Assembly (NCBI GenBank): GCA_964016885.1
Contig: OZ024753.1
Span: 42,842,001-42,906,000, forward strand
DNA from: Eledone cirrhosa
Lineage: Eukaryota
Length of the DNA stretch: 64,000 nucleotides
Direction of reading: 5' to 3'
Shown one piece after another: positions 53,219 through 64,000 of this stretch. The notes below the pieces were generated by a model. The model ran no database searches and was not told where the DNA came from. It saw only the letters and a program-made list of their open reading frames with translations. The stretch's first letter is position 1. Each line of letters starts with the position of its first letter. The translations under genes and the position numbers were made by a program.

Positions 53219-53261
53219 GCTATCCAAAGGTCCTTTGCCAAAACATCAGCTCCTCTGAACA
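53219..53261 (+). CDS. Receptor exon L: 43-nt stalk exon (AIQRSFAKTSAPLN)
   Basis: tatttcag| acceptor, |gtatgt donor; phase 0-1, required to bridge exons K and M. Confidence 0.8.
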
Positions 53262-54074
53262 GTATGTATTTTAATTCTATTTCTAATTTATTTAACTTAT
53301 TTATATCTGAATCATTTGTCAATCATGTTGTTTATTTATCTCTCTAACGTTTGAAGGAAACAATATTGGTGTTACGTTAGTGTACGGTCTACCTTGCTAT
53401 TTACAATTCAATGTGCAGGTTATATTGTCATTAACGGTTTATAATGAAGGTGTTCTACATCAAATACAACCACGTAATGCTGCAAGATGATACAATAAGT
53501 CGAATAATATCAAGATATAATCATCAAAATTGAAATCATATGAAAATGTTAAATGTTATATTAATAGTCTTTGTTATAATGGAATCATTGGCACTAGATA
53601 AAGCAATATAAATAATATGATAGGGTGCTGAAAAGTCTCTGGCTTTAAGGGTATCACGAAAGGGTAGAGCTGTTACCTTTACAGGAGAAGTATGACCACT
53701 GCAATAAGTATGTAAATCTGAGAGGGGAATATGTTGAATAAAATCACAATTAACTAATCCTTTATTATATATATAAATTACCAATTTTATTTATTATATA
53801 TTATTTACAATTTGTGTGTAGGCAGTCTCTCTGTAAATAGGGCACTGGGGATGCTGATGGTATTGTGTTGTGTTTATAAACAGGGTTTGGATGTTCGTCT
53901 ATTGATCAGACATAAAATAGGGGTCAGATTATATTCAAGTATATACGGTAATTGTTTATAATTAGAATCACAGCTTTATTTCTAATACATATTGATTGTT
54001 TTTAATTAAACCATGAAATTTCCATGGGGTCAGTTAGTATCAATAAAAATGTCTTTCTATTCTCTCTTTTCCAG

Positions 54075-54186
54075 TGCGAAGAGTCGATTCTGTGTCTCCA
54101 AGCAGTCATATATCAGTTATTATTGGTGTCATCGTCGTATTCGTTTTCCTCATCATTACTTTCGCCATTTTACTTATGATATGGAG
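54075..54186 (+). CDS. Receptor exon M: transmembrane helix (RRVDSVSPSSHISVIIGVIVVFVFLIITFAILLMIW)
   Basis: tttccag| acceptor, |gtaaga donor; phase 1-2; about 24 hydrophobic residues followed by RRK across the junction. Confidence 0.92.
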
Positions 54187-54264
54187 GTAAGACACTCTTC
54201 TCTCTTTCTTTATGTTACACACATTGATTTATTACTTAATATTCTCAGCCAAATACATTCAAAG

Positions 54265-54302
<38 letters not shown>

Positions 54303-54685
54303 TACATATACATACACACAGAGAAGCCATCGATATGGAGAGCCTGAATATACACCTAGCACACTCGGGATGTTTGTTGGAGAGTCTTCTCCATAGACAC
54401 ATGCATATATATATATATACACACACACATATATATATTATATATATATATCACCATCATCATTTTACGTCTGCTTTTCCCTGCTTACAAGGGTGGGACG
54501 GGTCCTATTCAGCACACCGGTCACAGTCCTTCGTCATCTCCTCTGCAAGCTTCAGCGATCGGAGGTCAGCTTTCACCACCTCCGCCCATGTTTTTCGTGG
54601 TCTTCCTCTACTGCGTCTTCCTTCTACTGGGATCTCTTGGCACTTCTTTACCCAGCAGTCATGCTCCATGTGCATCACATGTCCA

Positions 54686-54743
<58 letters not shown>

Positions 54744-54811
54744 AAAAGAGTCAGAACTCTGACATATTCATGTTGCCAACAAATTCAGAAACAAAATATA
54801 TATATATACAC

Positions 54812-54945
54812 ATAGGAACAAGTAAGACCCCGACGGCTGAGCTCAAGCCGTTTCGACGGCTAATTCTGGACTGAATTAGCCGTCGAAACGGCTTGAGCTC
54901 AGCCGTCGGGGTCTTACTTGTTCCTATTACCACATTTCCTTCGTT
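54812..54945. mobile_element. Fold-back element family copy 3 (hairpin 54812-54927)
   Basis: ataggaacaagtaagaccccgacggctgagctcaagccgtttcgacggctaattc tggact gaattagccgtcgaaacgg...ttcctat. Confidence 0.8.
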
Positions 54946-55107
54946 ATATATACACATATATATATACACATATATATATACACATATATATATACACACA
55001 TATATATACACACATATATATATATATATACACACACATATATATATATACACACATATATATATACACACACAGATATATATATATATACACACACATA
55101 TATATAT

Positions 55108-55140
<33 letters not shown>

Positions 55141-56351
55141 AATATATATATATAATTATCTCCACAAGAAAATATTTCACTACAATAATCGAATCTGAAT
55201 CTAAGCCTACAACTGTATTCACGTTTAATAAATAACTCTACGTTGTATATATTGGCTTCTACTGCACAATATTATCAATAATATTACATTACGTTATTCA
55301 GGATTTCAAAATTCCATTACTTATTACAATATTTGTACATATATAAATGTATTAAATATCTTGCTGGAAATAGTTTTCTCCGAATCTTTATTATTATTAT
55401 TATTATTATTTCCTTTGCATAATAAATAATTTTTAAAACCAGATATTTCAGACTAACTTCTTAACATTATTTACAGTACTATCTTTAGGACTGTAATATT
55501 CACTTCATGGTGAAATCGTTACAAATCGAAGTGGTGAAGTGGCTCAGTGATTAGAAATATTTCTGGTGTTTGCTGTACTTTTAATTCAAATCCCAACAAG
55601 GTCAACTTTGTCTTTCATACTTTTGCAGACCTGTCACCTCTCCCCCGTGCGACGGGGAGATCTCCCACCCTCTTTGCAGTGGCTGAGAGTTGTCTTCTCT
55701 TGTGAAGATGTGTATACCTTTCATTAGGTAAAATCTCTCCATTTTGCCTCATTTCCAAAATCTCTCGTATATTCTAAAATCTGTCTTGAGCCCAGAAGCA
55801 CATCAAGCCAGTACTTATCCCGCTTTCCTTGACGTGAAGCGATTACAAGTACAAGAATACCCCCTGGATAGGACGCCAATCCATCTCAGAGTTAAACCCC
55901 CCAACTATTGCTGGTACTCATTTTCAGCTGAGTATACTGGAGCAACAGGAAATGAAGTGTTTTGCTCAACAACACAACACACAGCCCAGTCTCCAGGAAT
56001 CGAACACAGCGTTATGATCGTAACTCCAACACCTTTACCACCAGGCCACACACCTCCACTTAATCCCTATATTGGTACCTTGTTTATCGACCCTGAAATA
56101 ATGAGAAATCAATCTCGGTGGGATTTCAACTGAAATCATTTCATCTGATACTCGAACTCCAGAGGATCATTTCCACACTTATTTTTCTCTCATCTCATTG
56201 TATTACATTCATTAAAGATAATGTAATAATTGTCTACTTTTGGCACAAGGCCAGCAATTATCCCAGAGTACTGAAAGGTGGATATTGTTGTATGTGTCAG
56301 GACATCCATCCTAATAACACACATCAAGTGTTAACCCTTTAATATTTACAT

Positions 56352-56797
56352 TACTCTATATTTACTCTATATTTACTATTGTATTTTCATGGTAACTACT
56401 CTATATTTACTCTATATTTACTATTGTATTTTCATGGTAACTACTCTATGTTTACTCTATATTTACTATTGTATTTTCATGGTAACTACTCTATGTTTAC
56501 TCTATATTTACTATTGTATTTTCATGGTAACTACTCTATATTTACTCTATATTTACTATTGTATTTTCATGGTAACTACTCTATGTTTACTCTATATTTA
56601 CTATTGTATTTTCATGGTAACTACTCTATGTTTACTCTATATTTACTATTGTATTTTCAGGGTAACTACTCTATATTTACTCTATATTTACTATTGTATT
56701 TTCAGGGTAACTACTCTATATTTACTCTATATTTACTATTGTATTTTCATGGTAACTACTCTGTTTACTCTATATTTACTATTGTATTTTCATGGTA
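56352..56797. repeat. 45-bp tandem array, about 10 copies, inside an antisense TTAA MITE
   Basis: Unit tactctatatttactctatatttactattgtattttcatggtaac. Confidence 0.9.
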
Positions 56798-57076
56798 AAC
56801 ACTTTATTTAACATAATTATCTCACATAATATTGAATCTATGAGATTTTGATATTATTTATTTTGAGAACATTACTTTAACATCAATATGAGTGGCCAGT
56901 TTCAGCCGGTTTCAGCCGGTTTCAGCCGGTTTGAACAGAAAGCAGTGTGAGAATTCTGGCCGGATATGGCCGGTTTAAATGCTAAAGGACGTTAGCACTG
57001 AATTATATTAACAAATCATCTGTGCATGTTATAATCGAAATGATATATAACCTGTTTCTCTATTCTTCCACTTCAG

Positions 57077-57177
57077 GCGAAAGCATCTGACGGCGGAGCG
57101 CGAAAAGGCGGATATGCCGTCTTTTGGACCGACTATCTTACCGGAGCCAGATACATCTCCACCGTCTACACCCATTG
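57077..57177 (+). CDS. Receptor exon N: cytoplasmic juxtamembrane ([33 protein letters not shown])
   Basis: cttcag| acceptor, |gtaaga donor; phase 2-1; GC-rich island in an AT-rich intron. Confidence 0.88.
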
Positions 57178-57273
57178 GTAAGAACGTACAAGCAATATTT
57201 TCCAGTATGTATGCCTGCTCTTCATTTCTTTTTATTTTATTTTATTTTATTTTATTTTAATTTTGTTTCATTT

Positions 57274-57320
<47 letters not shown>

Positions 57321-58241
57321 GTATGTATGCAGATATGTATATGTATGTGTGCATATATATGTATGTATGTATGCAGATATGTATATTTATGTATGCAGAT
57401 ATGTATATGTATGTGTGCATATATATGTATGTATGCAGATATGTATATTTATGTATGCAGATATGTATATGTATGTATGCAGATATGTATATTTATGTGT
57501 GCATATATATATGTATGTATGCAGATATGTATATGTATGTATGCAGATATGTATATTTATGTGTGCATATATATATATGTATGTATGCATATATATATAT
57601 GTATGTATGCAGATATGTATATTTATGTATGCAGATATGTATATGTATGTGTGCATATATATGTATGTATGCAGATATGTATATTTATGTGTGCATATAT
57701 ATATATGTATGTATGCATATATATATATGTATGTATGCAGATATGTATATGTATGTGTGCATATATATGTATGTATGCAGATATGTATATTTATGTGTGC
57801 ATATATATATATGTATGTATGCAGATATGTATATTTATGTGTGCATATATATATATGTATGTATGCAGATATGTATATGTATGTAAGCATATATATGTAT
57901 GTATGCAGATATGTATATTTATGTAAGCATATGTATGTATGTATGTATGCAGATATGTATATTTATGTATGCAGATATGTATATGTATGTGTGCAGATAT
58001 GTATATGTATGTGTGCAGATATATATATGTATGTGTGCATATATATATATATATGTATTCATATATATATATGTGTATGTATATATGTGTATATGTACCA
58101 ATATGTATATATATATATGTATATATGTGTATATGTATCAGTATATATATATATATGTGTGTATGTATATATGTGTATATGTATCAATATATATATGTAT
58201 ATATGTGTATATGTATCAATATATATATGTATATATGTATG

Positions 58242-58273
<32 letters not shown>

Positions 58274-58447
58274 TATATATATATGTATCAGTATATATAT
58301 ATATGTATCAGTATATATATATATGTATCAGTATATATATATATGTATCAGTATATATATATATATATCAGTATATATATATATGTATGTATATATATGT
58401 ATCAGTATATATATATATATATATATGTATGTATATATATGTATCAG

Positions 58448-58480
<33 letters not shown>

Positions 58481-58493
58481 ATATATGTATCAG

Positions 58494-58526
<33 letters not shown>

Positions 58527-58827
58527 ATATATGTATCAGTATATATATATATATATGTATGTATATATATATGTATCAGTATATATATATGTATGTATAT
58601 ATATATGTATCAGTATATATATGTATATATATATATGTATATCTATATGTATATATATGTATATATATATATGTATATATATGTATATCTATATGTATAT
58701 ATATGTACATCTATATGTATGTATATATATCTATATATGTATATATCAATATCTATATGCATGTATATATATCTATGTGTATATATATGTATGTGTATAT
58801 ATATATGTATGTGTATGATGATATATA

Positions 58828-58874
<47 letters not shown>

Positions 58875-58985
58875 CCAAGCAGGGAACAGCGGACGTAAAA
58901 TGATGATGATGATATATCTATATACATGTATATACACATGCATATATATATATGTATAGATATGTGCATATATATATTATATGTG

Positions 58986-59041
<56 letters not shown>

Positions 59042-59732
59042 GTACATAAAGATAGTCATATATTTTGTTTAAATGCCGATTATTTATATTATTATTACCA
59101 TTGTTGTTGTAGCTGCTGTTGTTGTTATTATTATTATTATTACCATTCTTCTTCTTCTTATTATTATTATTATATATACATATATATATCTATCTATATA
59201 TATATATATATATTTATTTATATATGTAATGTGTGACAGGTGCATGCTCCGTGGAATGCTATACAGACAAACAGACAAGAACCCCGCCCCAGGGGAGAAA
59301 TGTATCAACTCCTAAATAAACCGATTCCATTTGCAGAACATCTGTAGGAGACTAAAGAAGGCTGTGAGTGCCTTAGGGGTTAGGTTGTTTGGTGCAATGT
59401 TGTGCCCTTCGGGTAGCCACTTACCTTTCACGTTGCCCCAGTCCACTCGGCTGGCAAAACTGAGTTTTACCTGTAATTTCAATAATTGTTTCTACTTTGG
59501 GCACAAGGCCTGCAATTACCCAGTGTATTACTGGTACTTTATTTTATCGACCCTGTGAGGATGAAAGCAAAGTTCGACCTCAGCAGGATTTGAACTCAGA
59601 CCGTAAAGGGCCGTAACTTTATGCTGTATAGCATGTCATCAGACTCTCTACCGAGTCGGACGCCATGCTATGGTAATTAAAATTACAGGTAAAACTGAGT
59701 TTTACCTGTAATTTCAATAATATATATATATA

Positions 59733-59838
59733 CAGGGTGTCCCCCAAAAATGTTTACACACTGTTCCTGTATAGGCAATATTAGAATAGAATGCACAGCT
59801 TTTGTGTATACATTTTTTAGGGTTTTGGGACACACTGT
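59733..59838. mobile_element. Tc1/mariner-type MITE
   Basis: TA|CAGGGTGTCCC...GGGACACACTG|TA terminal inverted repeats with TA target duplication. Confidence 0.75.
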
Positions 59839-59845
59839 ATATATA

Positions 59846-59880
<35 letters not shown>

Positions 59881-60215
59881 GTGTATGTATGTATGTTTAC
59901 ACATCACGTTATTTGTAGAATGCTCAGCCACTTGCACTATGATACAATATAGATTGCAACTGTCATTGAAAGTATCAGTCTTGTCACACACTATGTAGTA
60001 CACTCTCAATCTCCCTGAGAACTAAATTGAAGGTACACGTGTTTGTGTAATGCTCAAACACCTTACATGTTAATTTCAGGAGCAACTGGAATACTCATCG
60101 CCGAAACTGGCGGAGATCCAATATAATACTGACAATAAAGTAGAACATCATATATATATATGAGAGAGAGAGAGAGAGGTAATATCCGTAGTGGTAGACC
60201 ACTCGGTCCACGAGT

Positions 60216-60256
60216 TCGAGCTGAAGATCCGCATAAGGTGAAACAATTGTTCTCGG
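60216..60256 (+). ncRNA. Minimal hammerhead-like motif with weak stem II
   Basis: UCGAG-CUGAAGA-uCC gcauaa GGu-GAAA-CAAUUG-UU-CUCGG; palindromic stem III. Confidence 0.65.
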
Positions 60257-60283
60257 TATGGTGAACTAACTGTTGTGTTACTA

Positions 60284-60314
<31 letters not shown>

Positions 60315-60319
<5 letters not shown>

Positions 60320-60519
60320 AACAAGTAAGACCCCGACGGCTGAGCTCAAGCCGTTTCGACGGCTAATTCTGTACTCAATTCAGTACAGAATTAGCCGTCG
60401 AAACGGCTTGAGCTCAGCCGTCGGGGTCTTACTTGTTCCTATTACCCACTCTACTACCCTAAGTATTGAGTACTTTGGTGCGTTATGGTCCACCTGGTTC
60501 CTTACCACATTTCCTTCGT

Positions 60520-60520
<1 letters not shown>
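60315..60520. mobile_element. Fold-back element family copy 4 (hairpin 60315-60442)
   Basis: About 61-bp arms with loop caattc; (TA)n on both sides. Confidence 0.8.
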
Positions 60521-60552
<32 letters not shown>

Positions 60553-60598
60553 AAGTTAAATAAAAAGTCAAATATTTAAAATTTAGCTTCGTTTATTC

Positions 60599-60651
60599 CT
60601 GCTATATATATTTCGGTGACAGCCATCTTTGGCTGTGACCTCTTCAGGCAG
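60599..60651 (-). ncRNA. Minimal type I hammerhead ribozyme-like motif (best formed)
   Basis: Minus strand: CUGC-CUGAAGA-GGUCACAGCC aaagau GGCUGUCACC-GAAA-UAUAUA-UA-GCAG, then AAUAAA; 9 of 10 stem II pairs form, G-C at the base. Confidence 0.8.
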
Positions 60652-62429
60652 TCCCAATTAGTGTGGTATAGACAAGTACATATGTTGTTGAGGTGTATAA
60701 TTTTGTCAATACTCTGATATGCCCAGTTCCTGGTTGGGTTGTTATTTCACTGAGGAACTGGAATCATATGAATTCAAACAAACGAATTTCAGTGTGAAAG
60801 GGCCTCTTCTCCTCACATTGGTCAGTTGTTAGAACATGGTATACAACCAACATATACTCAATATATATATATATATATATATTTATTATAATTTAGGCGT
60901 CACATTTCATTGCGTTCACAGAAGCAGGACGTTTCGTTGATCGAGCACTACGAAAGCAATCGTCGAAGACCGACGGAAGCCCATCCCTAACTCCATTGTA
61001 AACGTGTTAAATTTAATAGTTTCACGCCAACTAAATATACATCAGGATTAATCTATGAATCCTTTATAGCGTACACACAATATTTATATACAGAAGTAAT
61101 CCACCTAACATACTGACCGTAAGTCACAGTCAGGAAATATTGAACGACTAAACAGTAGCATATATATATATATATATATATATAGATGGTAGATGTATGT
61201 AGATGTGTATATATGTATATATATGGTTGATATATGTATATATATGGTTGATGTGTGTATATGTATATATATGGTTGATGTGTGTATGTGTATATATATG
61301 GTTGATGTGTGTATATATGTATATATATGGTTGAGGTGTGTATATGTATATATATGGTTGATGTGTGTATATATGTATATAAATGGTAGATGTGTATATG
61401 TGTATATATGTATATATATGGTTGATGTGTGTATATGTATATATATGCTTGATGTGTGTATATGTATATATATGGTAGTTGTGTATATATGTATATATAT
61501 GGTAGTTGTGTATATATGTATATATATGGTAGTTGTGTATATATGTATATATATGGTAGTTGTGTATATATGTATATATATGGTAGTTGTGTATATATGT
61601 ATATATATGGTAGTTGTGTGTATATATGTATATAAATGGTAGTTGTGTGTATATGTGTATATATGTATATAAATGGTAGTTGTGTGTATATGTGTGTATA
61701 TGTATATATATGGTAGTTGTGTGTATATGTATATATATGGTAGTTGTGTGTATATGTATATATATGGTGGTTGTGTGTAGATGTATATAAATGGTAGTTG
61801 TGTATATATGTATATATATGGTAGTTGTGTGTATATGTATAAATATGGTAGATATGTACATGGATATATATATATATACGTATGTATTCATGTACATATT
61901 TTTCTATCTATACATATATATACATATATATATATTCATGTACATATTTATCTATCTATACATCTATATACATATATATATATGTATTCATGTACATATT
62001 TATCTATCTATACATATATATACATATATACGTATATGTATTCATGTACATATTTATCTATCTATACATATATATACATATATATATATGTATTCATGTA
62101 CATATTTATCTATCTATACATATATATACATATATACATATATATATATTCATGTACATATTTATCTATCTATACATATATATACATATATATATATGTA
62201 TTCATGTACATATTTATCTATCTATACATATATATACATATATACGTATATGTATTCATGTACATATTTATCTATCTATACATATATATACATATATATA
62301 TATTCATGTACATATTTATCTATCTATACATATATATACATATATATATATGTATTCATGTACATATTTATCTATCTATACATATATATACATATATACG
62401 TATATATTCATGTACATATTTATCTATCT

Positions 62430-62469
<40 letters not shown>

Positions 62470-62973
62470 CCATGTACAAATCTATCTATATACATATATA
62501 CATATATATATATATATGTGTATATATAAGTATATACATATATATATTATTTCTATAATCCTACTATATACTGTACAGCCTATCCAAGTGTCTTAGTTTC
62601 GGCTTTAAATCAAACACAGTTGTGCTCTGGCAATGCTTAGTTAAACATTACATATCAGATACTTTCTCAAATTCATTATTTTCTTTGATGTTTAGCGGTG
62701 TTGCCAAACCTGCCATATAATGGATACAACGCTAGCAAATCGAATTAGCGACCGGTTTCTTTGTTAATATCAACACTTTATACGTTTATTAGAATACGAC
62801 AATAATAACCGCAATTTACACCAGGAACTTGGATATAGAGACAATTACAGCAAGGATCAGACGGAATCTCATATATATATGTATATATATGTGTGTGTAT
62901 ATGTATATATATAAATATATATATATATGTGTGTATATGTATATATATAAATATATATGTGTATGTGTGTGTG

Positions 62974-63030
<57 letters not shown>

Positions 63031-63083
63031 GTGTGTGTGTATTTATATGTATATATATACATATGTATATATACATGTATATA

Positions 63084-63128
<45 letters not shown>

Positions 63129-63967
63129 ATATATATATTCATATGTGTATATATATATATATATATTCATATGTGCATATATATATATATATTCATATGT
63201 GCATATATATATATATTCATATGTGTATATATATATATATTCATATGTGTATATATATATATATATATATTCATATGTGTATATATATATATTCATATGT
63301 GTATATATATATATATTCATATGTGTATATATATATATATTCATATGTGTATATATATATTCATATGTGCATATATATATATTCATATGTGCATATATGT
63401 ATATATTCATATGTGCATATATGTATATATATTCATATGTGCATATATGTATATATATTCATATGTGCATATATGTATATATATTCATATGTGCATATAT
63501 GTATGTATATTTATATATATATATTTATATGTATGTGTATATATTTATATATACATATTCATATGTGTATATATGTATATGTATTTAAATGTATATATAC
63601 ATATGTATATATATTTATATGTATGTGTATATATTTATATATATATACATATTCATGTGTATATATGTATATATATGCATATTTATATGTGTGTATATAT
63701 ACATATTCAAATGTGTGTATATGTATTTATACATATTCATATATTTATTTATATGTATATGTAGGAGAGTGAGACACACTCACACGCACGCACGCTCGCG
63801 CGCGCGCGTCAGATGACGTTGATATCACTGACTATAATATATATATGTGTGTGTGTGTGCGTATATATATCTATGTGTGGATATATGTGTATGTGTGCAT
63901 ATATATGTGTATGTGTGCATATATATATGTATGTGTGCATATATATATATATATATACATCTGTGTA

Positions 63968-63998
<31 letters not shown>

Positions 63999-64000
63999 AT

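Noticed and set aside
62696-62752. Candidate next exon after N (gtttag|CGGTGTTGCC...)
   Set aside because: The required phase-1 frame hits TAG after 17 codons with no donor; cannot be distinguished from intron, so the next exon probably lies beyond the window

Overview
AT-rich, microsatellite-dense eukaryotic genomic DNA; the SINE/LINE repertoire suggests a coleoid cephalopod (octopus-like, by inference). Almost all long ORFs in the track are translations of (TA)n/(CA)n/minisatellites. The real coding content is 14 internal + strand exons (6997-57177, 2172 nt, 724 codons) joined by phase-compatible GT-AG introns. They encode part of a single-pass receptor: one Ig-like domain, five FN3-like domains (the first Tie-like, the last with an RRKR furin site and an RPTP-type membrane-proximal motif), a transmembrane helix and the start of the cytoplasmic tail. 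The N-terminus and any catalytic domain lie outside the window. The introns hold a decayed RTE-type LINE with a PHD-like finger, several tRNA-headed SINE families, MITEs and TE-derived minisatellites. The main unannotated signal is about ten minimal type I hammerhead-ribozyme-like motifs (stem I-CUGANGA-stem II-GAAA-short, often palindromic stem III-NUH-stem I'), next to (TA)n tracts and often inside fold-back inverted repeats, as expected for Penelope-like element remnants. The best-formed copies are antisense to the host gene, while the sense copies look impaired or sequestered. All structures were read by eye; none was computed or tested.
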